From assembly GCA_047602405.1 (NCBI GenBank), contig JASGHJ010000001.1:96001-160000 (forward strand): a stretch of 64,000 nucleotides of DNA. Reading direction: 5' to 3'. A program made the position numbers and the translations under genes. Under the pieces are notes generated by a model. It made no database searches. It was not told where the DNA came from and saw only the letters and a program-made list of their open reading frames with translations. Source of the DNA: Anaeromyxobacteraceae bacterium (GTDB taxonomy: Bacteria; Myxococcota; Myxococcia; Myxococcales; Anaeromyxobacteraceae). This document shows, in pieces, positions 1 to 10,061 of the stretch (position 1 is the stretch's first letter; each line of letters begins with the position of its first letter).

Positions 1-305
1 CGCCTTGTCGTGACGGTCCCGAAGGGAGTTTCCACCACTTTGGTTTCAAGCTGCGCTTGGATCGCACCTTCGCTGATGCTCGCTCCCTAGAGGGTTGAGG
101 CTTGCGCTGAGGGTAGCACCCGCTAAGAGGGCGGACGGGATCGCACGAAGGCGGGACGTCCGGCCCGTAGGTAGTCCGCCGAGCCATTGCCGGGATGTCC
201 GCACACCGATCAGCCTCGGGCACCAGCCATGTCGCTCCCCTCGAGACCCCTCGATGGAAGCGCTCGCCACAATTTCCGACGGCGCCGGGTGGGGGCACCT
301 CTCGT

Positions 306-363
306 TGTCAAACGACAGGAAGAACTGACCCCCATCCGACACTGGAACACTGGAACTGCCCCC
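306..363 (-). repeat. IS21-family terminal repeat region (end downstream of the istB remnant)
   Basis: Begins TGTCAAACGACAGGAAGAACTGACCCCC, an IS21-like TG...CA terminus, followed by an internal related repeat (GGAACTGCCCCC). It lies directly downstream of the istB remnant once the IS66 is removed. Confidence 0.6.
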
Positions 364-465
364 TCCCGCCCGGGCGGTCGGACTTCTCGTAACCGTCCGA
401 CCGAGGACGTCTGGTTCCGTTGATCGGCAGGGCTGATGCTCGGCGCTCTCGAGGAGGAGAGCGCG

Positions 466-840
466 ATGAGCGACGACGAGCGGAGCAAGTGGACGAAGTT
501 GGTTGCGGACTTCGAGACGGCGGACCTGAGCCAGCGGGAGTTCTCGAAGGAGCGCGGCGTTCCGCTGAGCAATCTGCGCTACTGGCTGTACAAGCTGCGC
601 AAGGAGTCTCGGCCGCTCGTGACCACCGAGGCTGAGCAGGCCGGCAGCGTTACTGAGCAGCCGGCGCCGAATGGGGGCTCGCGTCTGCTACCGGTTCGCG
701 TGGTAGCCTCCGCCGCGCCGAAGGCGCGGCCAGGGGAGGCGGCCCTGCTGGAGCTGGCGCTGCCCTCGGGCGCGGTGCTGCGGTTCCCGGTCGGTGCCGA
801 CCTCGAGTACTTGCGCCAGGTCGTCGCCGCGCTCCCGTGA
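466..840 (+). CDS. tnpA: IS66 accessory protein TnpA (HTH)
   Basis: SQREFSKERGVPLSNLRYWLYKLR HTH; GAGGAGG RBS before ATG 466; first ORF inside IRL. Confidence 0.85.
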   Translation: MSDDERSKWTKLVADFETADLSQREFSKERGVPLSNLRYWLYKLRKESRPLVTTEAEQAGSVTEQPAPNGGSRLLPVRVVASAAPKARPGEAALLELALPSGAVLRFPVGADLEYLRQVVAALP

Positions 841-1217
841 TCACGCTGCCGACGGCGGTGCGGATCTTCCTCGGGTCCGCCCCCATGGACATGAGGAAGT
901 CCATCGACGGGCTCATGGCCATCGTCGAGCACGAGCTCCGCCAGGACGCGTACACGGGCCACCTCTTCGTCTTCGTGAGCCGCGCGGGCGACCGGGTGAA
1001 GATCCTCACCTGGGACAAGGGCGGGTTCGTCCTCTACTACAAGCGACTCGAGCGCGGCCGGTTCCGCCTGCCGCACATGGACCCGAACGCCTCGGCGGTC
1101 GAGCTCGACGCCACCCAGCTCTCGATGCTTCTCGACGGGATCGAGTACAGCCGCGTGCGTCGCCCGCCGGCGTGGGCTCCTGGCGGGCGTCCCATGGACA
1201 AGTCCAGCCAGACGTGA
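837..1217 (+). CDS. tnpB: IS66 accessory protein TnpB
   Basis: DMRKSIDGL, LFVF...RVKIL.WD.GGF.LYYKRLE.GRF motifs; GTGA overlap with tnpA. Confidence 0.95.
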   Translation: MITLPTAVRIFLGSAPMDMRKSIDGLMAIVEHELRQDAYTGHLFVFVSRAGDRVKILTWDKGGFVLYYKRLERGRFRLPHMDPNASAVELDATQLSMLLDGIEYSRVRRPPAWAPGGRPMDKSSQT

Positions 1218-1230
1218 TCGAACATGGTCA

Positions 1231-2746
1231 ATGGGAGCCGGCGATCACGACTGCCAGTGGCGCCAGCAGGCCGAGAAGCTGGCCAGCGAACTCGCCGAGG
1301 AGCGATCCGGTCGCGCCGCGCTGAACGAGGAAGTCTCCCGGCTCGCCGCCATCGTCGAGAAGCTGCAGCGCCACGCCTTCGGCAAGCGTTCCGAGAAGAT
1401 CCCTCCCGTCGACGAGGAGCTCCGCCGCTCCGGAGTCACCGCCGATCCCGAAGTCACGCAGGAGAAGCGCCGCGCCAACGCAGAGAAGAAGCGCGCGGTC
1501 GTCACCCGCGAAGTCCGCCACGAGATTGCCGAGGAGCAGAGGACCTGCCCGAAGTGCGGCGGGCACGAGTTCACGCCGCTCGGCAGCGGGAAGATCACTG
1601 AGCTCTACGAGCTGCTCCCGTCGATCATCGAGCGCCAGCTCCACGTCCAAGCCAAGGCGCGATGCAGGTGCGGCGAGACCGTCGTCACTGCTCCGGGCGC
1701 GACGCGCGTGTTCGACAAGGCGCGCTACGGCCCGACCTTCATGGCGAACATCGTCGTCTCGAAGATCGCGGACGCCATCCCGCTCCACCGGCTCGCGAAG
1801 CAGTTTCAGCGCAGTGGCGTCCCGATGCACCGCTCGACCCTGGTCGACCTCTTCCACCGCTCCGCGGAGATCCTGGACCCACTCTCGAAGCGCCTCCTCG
1901 AGCTCATCCCGAAATGCGAGAATCGTTCAGGCAGACGAGACGACGATGCGCGTGCTGGCGAAGGGCAAGACGCACACGTCCTGGCTCTGGACGTTCCTCG
2001 CAAACCAGGAGGGGGAGACGGACGCGGACGACAAGCCGCTCATCGGCTACGTCTACAGCCCGAGCCGCTCGGGCGAGACCCCGGTGAAGGTCCTCGGCGA
2101 CACCGTCGGCCTGCTCGTCTCGGACAAGTACTCCGGCTACAACAAGGTCACTGTTCCCGGGCAACGCGAGCGTGCCGGCTGCCTCGCGCACGTCCGCAGG
2201 AAGTTCTTCGACGCACGACCGACCTCGCCCGCGGCCCAGACCGCGATGGACTTCATCGTCGAGGTCTACAAGGTCGAGCGCGCGGCGCTGGACGACGATC
2301 TGCTCGGCTCCGAGGCGCACCTCGCGATGCGCCAGTCGCGCAGCCGGCAGGTCATGAGCGACTTCAAGGCGTGGCTCGAAGTCGAGCAGCCGAAGCACCT
2401 CCCCCGCGGCCCGATGGGCGAGGCGATCAGTTACGCCCTCGGGCAGTGGCCTGCCCTGACGAAGTTCCTGACGGACGCTCGGGTCCCCGTGGACAACAAC
2501 GCCTCGGAGAACGCGCTCAGGGCGGCCGCGCTCGGTAGGAAGAACTGGCTCTTCGTCGGCCACGACGAGGCCGGCGAGAACGTCGCCGGCCTGTTCTCCC
2601 TCGTCATGACCTGCGAGGCGAACGGTGTGAACCCCATCGCCTACCTCGCCGACGTGCTGCTCCGTGTCCAGACGCACCCGGCCGCCCGCATCGACGAGCT
2701 GCTGCCGCACAACTGGAAGCCGCCGGGATTCGAGCCGCCGGCCTGA
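1231..2746 (+). pseudogene. tnpC: IS66 transposase TnpC, frameshifted near 1908-1910
   Basis: N-half has FGKRSEK, a CPKC zinc finger and IPLHR. C-half, in another frame, has QADET, GCLAHVRRKF and DNNASENALR. Removing one C from ATCCC joins them. Confidence 0.9.
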
Positions 2747-2799
2747 AGCTGGTCGGCGGCGGCGCGGAGCGGTGCCAGATCCGATACTCTTCCCGGCGC

Positions 2800-3270
2800 G
2801 TGAAGGACACGACCTCCAAGAAGCTGCGCCGCAGTAGGCATCTCGCTCGCCATCTCACCGAGTTGGGTCGGCTCCTGCACAAGGAAGTGCGGACGGAGGA
2901 CTTGCTAAGCCTCGACGAGACCGAAGCGCTCCTTGCGCGCTCCAAGGCGGTGACAAGGCGAGCGCCAGATTGGAAATCCTCCTTCCCATTCGCGGAGAAG
3001 GAACAGCGACTCTCGCGTCCGATTCGGCCCATCCACGCAGAAATGGTCTACGTGTGGACGGCCCTGGCGAACGACTGTGGCGTGCACCGCCTCGTGCGAC
3101 TGTCGGAGCTCGATTTTCGTTTTTCCTTCGACTTCAGTCCCGAGGGGATCCTCACCGTTATCTCGGAGGACCTTGAGAACCAGATGCTTCTCGACTGGCA
3201 TAAGGACAATGGAGTGGAGCTGCTAGACCTCGAGGTCACCGGCCCACGTTGGAGCGCCGCCGGTCCCTAA
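2800..3270 (+). CDS. hypothetical passenger protein inside IS66 (possibly immunity-protein-like)
   Basis: 156-aa ORF between the tnpC stop and IRR, with more AT-rich codons than the transposase. Confidence 0.6.
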   Translation: MKDTTSKKLRRSRHLARHLTELGRLLHKEVRTEDLLSLDETEALLARSKAVTRRAPDWKSSFPFAEKEQRLSRPIRPIHAEMVYVWTALANDCGVHRLVRLSELDFRFSFDFSPEGILTVISEDLENQMLLDWHKDNGVELLDLEVTGPRWSAAGP

Positions 3271-3310
3271 CGAACTCGTTACGTCAAGACGTCCTACGTC
3301 GGTCGGTTAC

Positions 3311-3605
3311 GACTTCTCGGCCCTACCCAGCAGGCCCGCCCTGCGGTTCTGCTTCAGCCGGTTGCTCTCGCACTGGACCATCAGCGTGAAGCTGTGGTGC
3401 AGGAGCCGGTCGAGGATCGTGGCGGCGGGGGCCTCATCGCCGAACTCGGTTACCCACTGCGTCACGACCTGGTTGGTTGTCATGAACGTTGAGCCCTTCT
3501 CGTAGCGCCCGCGCGATGGGCTGAAAGAACAGGTGCGCGCTGCGCTCCTCGAAGGGCAGGTACTCGAACTCGTCGATGATGAGGAGATTCGGCTTGCCCA
3601 ACGCC
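3311..3605 (-). pseudogene. istB: IS21 IstB ATPase C-terminal remnant
   Basis: Minus strand reads KPNLLIIDEFEYLPF (Walker B), then a frameshift, then RYEKGSTFMTTN...FGD...AILDRLLHH-like sequence. N-terminus is missing and the 3' end is cut by IS66. Confidence 0.85.
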
Positions 3606-3719
3606 GCCCGCGCACCGGCTGCACCAGTGCCCGTTCCTCACGTCGTTCACCCGCGCGGAGAACGCGTGCCCCTGCGCGCAACGGAACGCTAACGCTCTGC
3701 CGCCGCTCCGGCCCGAGCC

Positions 3720-5594
3720 CTACCCGTCCACCTCGACCCCCGCCGCCCGGAGTTCCTTCACGAAGTCCGTCCGCGCCCGCTTCAGCGCACGCAGCGGGCT
3801 CTTGAGTTCGGCGTCGATCCATGCAGCGAGTTCTGCCTTGAGCGCCTCGAGCACCTTCACCGCGGCGGCCCGCGCCTCTGCGACGCGCCGCACGGCGGCT
3901 AGGCGCACGCGCTCGAGGCCGACGACGACCTGCGCACGAATCCGCCCGAGCCGCGCGAGGAATGCCCGGCTCACCTGCTCGCCGCCCTGCGCGTGCATCG
4001 CGAGATCGAAGACCCTCTCGGTCGCGAACGGCGCCTCCAGCCCGCCCTCGGCCTCGCGCCGCGCCGCCTCCCAGGCCGCGCAGAAGGCCTCCAGCACCTC
4101 CAGACGCGCCGCGGCCTCGTGATCCTCGGGGCGCGGCCAGAGCGTGCGGCGCCAGCAGGGGATGGCGCGCACGGCCGCGCGCGCGTCCTTGAGCTCGCGC
4201 CGGAGCGCGATCGACGCCTTCCCGAGTACCTTCCGCCCGTCCTCGGGGGTCACCGTGCGGACCTTCCCGATCGCCTCGCGGGCCACGGCGACGGCCTGCG
4301 TGACCATCGCCTCCGCCTCGCCCCGCTCGGCGAGGAGCCGCGCAGCCTGCGCGTCGTACCCCACCTTCCAGCGCCGGTCCGCCTCCGCGACGGTCTCCTC
4401 GCGGCGTCCCTCGAACGACGCGACGGCCTCCTCGAACTCGCCCTTCGCATTCTCGAGGGGCGCCCGCTTCACCCTATTCGCGACCTTGCGCCCTGCGAGC
4501 CCACCGAAGATCCCGCCGATCCCCGCGCCGATGGCCGTGCCGAGCCCCGGCGCGATGAACGTCCCGATCGCCGCGCCCGCCTTCATGCCAAGGGCGCCGC
4601 CCCCGCCCACGGCGGCGGTGTCGACCGCGACGTTCTTCACCATGCGCCCGAGATCGGTGTGGCCCTTGAGGAGCAGCTTACCCTCGCGGAAGGCCGAAAT
4701 GCCCATCGTGATCCAAGGCACGTGGAGGCTCACGTGCCCCGCGCCGACCTCGAGGCCGGACTGCGCAGCGTCGGTGACGTCCGCGTGCGAGAGCGCGTCG
4801 TCTACGAAGACGGTGGCGCCGGCCTCCTTCGCCGCAACGAGGTCGATCGGGTGCGCGCCATCGAAGTGGATCGCGTCGTCCGGGAGCCCCGCCATGTCGT
4901 GCGGCACGATGACCGGGATGTCGGGGTTCGTCGCAAAGTGCTCGCTCAGGTTCGAGAAGTCGCCTACCAGCTTCACGTTGAACGGCTGTCCATCAATCTG
5001 GAGGTCCCACCCGGCCTGGTTCGAGTCGATCGGCATCGCGGGCGCGTGGCCCGCCGTGTGGAGGTGATCGGCGGCGAGCCATTCGGCGAGGTGCCCCTTC
5101 ACCTTGTTGACGAGTGCCTCCGACACGTCGCCGCCCGGCGTCACGGAGTCCCATCCCGTCACGGCGCGGTGGAGGTCGGACAACGACGCGACCGACTGGT
5201 GCGTCATGTGCTCGATCGCCTGAAAGAGGTGCTCGTCGAGCGTGGCCCAGCTCCAGGCGTAGGCGGCCGCCGGTGCCATGCCGTCGAGCACCGCGGGGGC
5301 CACCGGGAGATCGTGCGCGTCGGGGGCCGCCGCGGCCTTCCGCTTCGAGCGGAGCGGGCACCTTGAAGTGGGCCGGGCGGGAGCAGGCGCGGGGGCGTCC
5401 GCCGGGAGCTGCGTGAGATCGACCACGGGCGCCTCACCGAGCACCTCCCGCTCGAGCTCCCGGAACATCCCGGTTCTGAGAGCCCTTGGTTCCGCGGCTT
5501 GCGCCCGGGCGCGCGCCCACCCGCGCCTGATCACGACCGCGCCTGCTGCCACCCCGAGGATCGAAAGCAGTGAGACGGCGATCAAGAGCGACAT
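3720..5594 (-). CDS. membrane protein with putative PD-(D/E)xK-like domain, glycine zipper and coiled-coil
   Basis: N-terminal TM segment (MSLLIAVSLLSILGVAAGAVV), KGHLAE...NQAGWD...NVK motif, GAAIGTFIAPGLGTAIGAGIGG zipper, helical C-terminus. Confidence 0.7.
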   Translation of the reverse strand: MSLLIAVSLLSILGVAAGAVVIRRGWARARAQAAEPRALRTGMFRELEREVLGEAPVVDLTQLPADAPAPAPARPTSRCPLRSKRKAAAAPDAHDLPVAPAVLDGMAPAAAYAWSWATLDEHLFQAIEHMTHQSVASLSDLHRAVTGWDSVTPGGDVSEALVNKVKGHLAEWLAADHLHTAGHAPAMPIDSNQAGWDLQIDGQPFNVKLVGDFSNLSEHFATNPDIPVIVPHDMAGLPDDAIHFDGAHPIDLVAAKEAGATVFVDDALSHADVTDAAQSGLEVGAGHVSLHVPWITMGISAFREGKLLLKGHTDLGRMVKNVAVDTAAVGGGGALGMKAGAAIGTFIAPGLGTAIGAGIGGIFGGLAGRKVANRVKRAPLENAKGEFEEAVASFEGRREETVAEADRRWKVGYDAQAARLLAERGEAEAMVTQAVAVAREAIGKVRTVTPEDGRKVLGKASIALRRELKDARAAVRAIPCWRRTLWPRPEDHEAAARLEVLEAFCAAWEAARREAEGGLEAPFATERVFDLAMHAQGGEQVSRAFLARLGRIRAQVVVGLERVRLAAVRRVAEARAAAVKVLEALKAELAAWIDAELKSPLRALKRARTDFVKELRAAGVEVDG

Positions 5595-6219
5595 CCCGAT
5601 TCCCCCTTCGGCGCGGGGCCGCTGTGGCCCCGGCGCCCACCCGACGTGGAGCGCGCAGGCCACCGGCCTTGGGCGGACCAGGCGGTGGACAACCTTCATA
5701 GGGGAGCACGCAAACGCCACGTCAGACCATCACCAGGGGGCAACGCTCCTAACCATGCGACTCGGTTCCACGCCACAGCTAGAACCTTGGCTGAGAACAA
5801 GTCCGCCTTGACGCGCTGCGCCCCAGAGCGAGGGCAAGAGTCCGGCGCGGGACCGTTCGGTGAATGGAGTCATCCGGAGGTTCCCCCGGTTCCTCAGAGC
5901 ATGAGGCCTCGCAAGTCAGCGGATCCGCACCTTTTGGCCGGGATCGCATCGGCTCGGCGGATCAAGCCCATACCCTGACCCGCCCTCCGACCTAAGTCAC
6001 AACCCGATCTGGGCGTGACCTGGGCGTGCGCACCCCTCTCACCAAGGCGCAAGAGGCGCAGCCAAGGCCGATGTCCGTCTGACTGCTATAGCTTGGTAGC
6101 ACCACTGCCACTCTACGCAGCAAGAGAACGCCACTTTCACATGGCGTGACCTAGAATCCGGGGAGTTCGGGGGTCGCGGTATGTCCGCATCGGCCCTGTA
6201 GACTTCACCTAAGGGGAGC

Positions 6220-9200
6220 GTGATGGACGTCAACGAGCTTGCCGAGTGGGCCCGGAGCCTCGACCGCGAAGAGGTGTACGAGATGTCCACTGATGATCGC
6301 TTCTCCGGCGCGGAGAAGAAGTTTCTCTACGACGCCGCGGGACGGATCTCGAGGGGGGACACCCTCACCACCAAGCAGATGCAGTGGCTTCATTCGCTCT
6401 TCACCAAGCGCACGGCCTGGTCTACGGCATCCGCGTATGGCTCCGAGAAGGAGTACGTCGCCCATCCAGATGCCGCTCTGGAGCATCGGCATCTTTGCGT
6501 CCGTCTGGCGTGGCACGACTCCGCGTGGAACGGTGCCCTGTGCACCAGGCCCGCTGACAACGTCTACTGCGTGGGGGAGCATTCGCTGCTCTCGGATCGA
6601 TTGCGACGCCGCAGGGACCTGGCCAAAGAAGAACCAGCGGCGGGCGCGAGCGGGAACGACCAGGCGTTGGGCCATTACCAGCCCCCCTGCTTCTGGTCGA
6701 TTAACGCCTTCGGCAAGCGACAGCTGGTGTTCTCGCACGACAACCCGGCCGAGAGTTCATACCCCCACATCAAGGAGACGCTCCCGCCGTATTCGGTGAT
6801 CTCGTGGCCCTTCGATCTCGCGTTCGTGAGGGACAACACAGAGAGACAGAAGCTCGGCTCCTACTATCCCAAGGCCCTCTTCGAACGCCGTATTAGGGAT
6901 TTCCATGCCCGGGTAGTCGAGGGGAGCTCGATCGTCTTCTTGTACTGTAAGTTCAGCAACCCGGTATCCGGGGATGACTCCGACTACCTCCTCGTCGGCT
7001 GTGGGCTCGTCTCCGGTAAGGGCGCGCTCAACTGGTTCAACGTTAGCGACTCCGTGCTTCGCGCAACGAAGGAGAAGAAGCGCGAGCCTAATTTCCCCAC
7101 GCTAAACTGGGCCTTGCGCTTCTCGATGGATTTCGAGCGCACGGGCGTCCGCATTCCGTACCAAGAGTACCTGGGGCTCATCAACGTGCCGGGGGGATTG
7201 CCTCAGCAGTACCTGGACGACATCAAGGTCGTCGTTCGGGAGCCGGAGCTGATCGACGGCTTCACCTATGTCGCAAAGCACGTAGATGATGATCAGGCGA
7301 TCTTCCTCCTGATGAAGCTCCGCCAGAGCCTTCTGGAGGTGAAGCGCCATGGCGTCCTCCCGGGCTTTGATGTCGACACTCAGTTGAAGCACATCGACTT
7401 CCTGTTGGACCACGCCTGGAATTCTCGCGGCTACCTGCCAGGTTTTCGCGGTGCGGCGATGGGGCTCCTGGGACGGAACACTGCGGACACTAGGGACATC
7501 GACGCCTTCGTTGCCCAGTACGAGCGAGCGGCGCCGGAGACGATCACGAAGCTGGACGCCATCCTGCATGAGACCGAGGGCTCTCCCGGCCACGAACGAC
7601 TCGTGGGCGACCTTCTGGACCGCCTTGAACGCCATGCCCTGAGCCCGACCCAGTTCCTTCGGCTCGCCTCGCTGAACCTCACCCCCCTCCAGTTCGCCCG
7701 CATCCTGGGGCGGGAGGGAAGCCCGTATGGCGCCGGCGAGATCGCCGACAATCCCTACCTGCTCTTCGAGTCCTACGCGCCGCAGGAGAAGGACAAGGAC
7801 CGTACTTCCGGCGAGAAGATCGACAGCGTCGTAGACCTTTTCAAGATCGACATCGCGCTATTCCCTCAGCGACGGCACCTCCCGCGCAGCCCGACCTTTC
7901 ACGACTGGAAGGTGGGTGATCCCAGGCGGGTCCGTTCCGTCTTGATAGCCCTCCTCCGTCAGCTCGAGTCCCGAGGCCACTGCTACGACACCGCGGAGCA
8001 CCTCTCGGCAGGCATCGCGCGCTATCCCCTCTTCTATGAGATCGGTGACGAGTACAAGCCTGACCTCAACCTTGCATCGCCCCAGGCCGCGCTCAGGTCG
8101 CATCTCGAGAAGGAGGTAGTTGCGACCACCCTCGATGGTCGCTCCGTCTACTACCTGAAGTCCGTCTACGACGACGAGAAGTACGTGGCGAACGTCATCG
8201 ACCATCTGGTGGCCGCCGCCGACAACAGTGTCAACGTACCGCCCGGCCTTGTCGGACAGGCAGCGATCGCCGCCAAGGGCTTGAAGACAAAGCTGGGCGC
8301 GCGCTTCCGGCCAGAAGATTTCGTCGAGGAGCGAAAGCGTCTCTACTCGATTCTCCCATATCGGAAGTTCAGCATTCTCACCGGCTCGCCCGGAGCTGGG
8401 AAGTCCTACGAACTTCTCAAGCTAGTGTCCTTCCTGAGCACACTTCAGGAGCGCTACCTGATCCTTTCGCTCACAGGGAAGGCGGCGTTGCGGCTTCGAA
8501 ACAATGAGTTGGGGGTCAAGAACGTCCACGCAAAGACATTCGACAAGTTCCTGGTCGAGCTTGAGCGCCAGAAGGGCGTGAAATCGATCGTCCACAATCT
8601 CATCATCGAAGAAGCATCGATGGCCGACCTCACCAAGCTGGCCGCCGTGCTTCGCGCGGTCGACCCGCATGCCAGCCATTTCCGCCGCCTGATCTTGGTT
8701 GGTGACGAGAACCAGCTGCCACCCATCGGCTATGGCAAACCGTTCGCGGACATCGTCGATTCGCTTAAGGCTGACGGCGCGCGCGCGGAGAGACACCATG
8801 TCTCCCTAGCGACCAACTGCAGAGCCGAGCTTCCCGAGGAGTTCGTCAGCCTGACGAATGTGTTTGCCAACAACAGCAAGATGGGCGAACGCGTTCTGGC
8901 TGACCTGGTCAAGAACAAGAAGGCGCCTGGCATCCTGGTACGCACCTATCGCGACAAGAGCGACCTCTATGCGCAGATCCGCGAGGAGTTCCTTTCCGTA
9001 GCCGGCCATCCGCCGACGCTCAACGCTGGACTCGACGTGCTGCTGAAGCTTTCGGGGGACATGAAGTCCAGGCCAACGGGGCTCGAGAACTTCCAGGTCC
9101 TGTCCCCCTACCGCGCCGGGTACTCGGGGGTGTCGGGGCTTAACTTGCTGTTCCAGTCTGAGTATCGAACCACCGAGCGGTACACGCGAAAGGTCGGTGA

Positions 9201-10050
9201 CATTTCGTTTAAGCTTGGCGACAAGCTGATGCACACCAAGAACGAGTACTCAAACGATGAGCTCCTCGTATCCAATGGCTCTCTGGGGGTGGCAAGCGAT
9301 TACGGGAAGGTCTTTTTTGCGGACCAGGATAGCCCGACTCCATTCTCGGCACTGCGATATCTCGAGGATCTCGAGCTTGCGTATGCAGTAACCGTTCACA
9401 AGTCCCAGGGAAGCGGATTCGGCCACGTCTTCGTCGTGGTTCCGAACCGTACGGGGCTACTAAGTAGGGAACTTGTCTTCACGGCGCTGACCCGCACGAA
9501 GACTGCCGTGACTCTGTTCGTAGAGGCCAACGGGGACACCGAGCTTGCCCAGCTGATCGACAAGATCCGCAACAACAGCGCGATTGCCAGCATTCGCACT
9601 TCGCTAGCCGTTCTTGGCGCCAAACGTTTTGCGTACGTCCCTGCTGACGGCGTAGAGGTCAAGTCCCGCGTTGAGTACATCATCTACAGGAAGCTGACTG
9701 AGGCGGCGAACCGCTCGGGAACGTTTACGTTCAAGTACGAGCAGGTCTACGAGCTCGCGGGAAGGAACTTCAATCTCCGCCCCGACTTCACGATCTGGCT
9801 CCAGGATGGTCGGACGATCTACTGGGAGCACCTCGGGCGCTTGAACGATCGCTCCTACGTGAAGTCGTGGGATTCCCGTAGAGCGATTTACGAGGAGAAG
9901 GGCGACCTGGACAAGGTGATGACGACCGACGAGCTGAAGGGTATTAGCGACGAGAAGATCGAAGCGATCATCACGAACTTGGTCGGGGGTGACCTAGCAA
10001 CTGAGGATCGATCCAACAGGTACTCTCGGCTCCACTACTCACTGCGCTAG
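6220..10050 (+). CDS. RecD-like SF1 helicase fused to C-terminal PD-(D/E)xK nuclease
   Basis: GSPGAGKS Walker A, IIEEASM, LVGDENQLPPIG and AYAVTVHKSQGS motifs; C-terminal KSRVE...PDFTI...YWEHLG; N-terminal RLAWHD..WNG..C domain. Confidence 0.85.
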   Translation: MMDVNELAEWARSLDREEVYEMSTDDRFSGAEKKFLYDAAGRISRGDTLTTKQMQWLHSLFTKRTAWSTASAYGSEKEYVAHPDAALEHRHLCVRLAWHDSAWNGALCTRPADNVYCVGEHSLLSDRLRRRRDLAKEEPAAGASGNDQALGHYQPPCFWSINAFGKRQLVFSHDNPAESSYPHIKETLPPYSVISWPFDLAFVRDNTERQKLGSYYPKALFERRIRDFHARVVEGSSIVFLYCKFSNPVSGDDSDYLLVGCGLVSGKGALNWFNVSDSVLRATKEKKREPNFPTLNWALRFSMDFERTGVRIPYQEYLGLINVPGGLPQQYLDDIKVVVREPELIDGFTYVAKHVDDDQAIFLLMKLRQSLLEVKRHGVLPGFDVDTQLKHIDFLLDHAWNSRGYLPGFRGAAMGLLGRNTADTRDIDAFVAQYERAAPETITKLDAILHETEGSPGHERLVGDLLDRLERHALSPTQFLRLASLNLTPLQFARILGREGSPYGAGEIADNPYLLFESYAPQEKDKDRTSGEKIDSVVDLFKIDIALFPQRRHLPRSPTFHDWKVGDPRRVRSVLIALLRQLESRGHCYDTAEHLSAGIARYPLFYEIGDEYKPDLNLASPQAALRSHLEKEVVATTLDGRSVYYLKSVYDDEKYVANVIDHLVAAADNSVNVPPGLVGQAAIAAKGLKTKLGARFRPEDFVEERKRLYSILPYRKFSILTGSPGAGKSYELLKLVSFLSTLQERYLILSLTGKAALRLRNNELGVKNVHAKTFDKFLVELERQKGVKSIVHNLIIEEASMADLTKLAAVLRAVDPHASHFRRLILVGDENQLPPIGYGKPFADIVDSLKADGARAERHHVSLATNCRAELPEEFVSLTNVFANNSKMGERVLADLVKNKKAPGILVRTYRDKSDLYAQIREEFLSVAGHPPTLNAGLDVLLKLSGDMKSRPTGLENFQVLSPYRAGYSGVSGLNLLFQSEYRTTERYTRKVGDISFKLGDKLMHTKNEYSNDELLVSNGSLGVASDYGKVFFADQDSPTPFSALRYLEDLELAYAVTVHKSQGSGFGHVFVVVPNRTGLLSRELVFTALTRTKTAVTLFVEANGDTELAQLIDKIRNNSAIASIRTSLAVLGAKRFAYVPADGVEVKSRVEYIIYRKLTEAANRSGTFTFKYEQVYELAGRNFNLRPDFTIWLQDGRTIYWEHLGRLNDRSYVKSWDSRRAIYEEKGDLDKVMTTDELKGISDEKIEAIITNLVGGDLATEDRSNRYSRLHYSLR

Positions 10051-10061
10051 TTCACCCCGCC

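Larger units (their letters stand above)
389..3310 (+). mobile_element. IS66-family insertion sequence, complete, with a passenger gene
   Basis: IRL GTAACCGTCCGACCGAGGACGTCT (389-412) matches the reverse complement of 3287-3310 at 21/24 positions. GACTTCTC is duplicated at 381-388 and 3311-3318. tnpA/B/C lie inside. Confidence 0.95.

Noticed and set aside
5595..6219. Possible ncRNA or att site in the divergent intergenic region
   Set aside because: No convincing long hairpin, tRNA fragment or direct repeat was found by eye.
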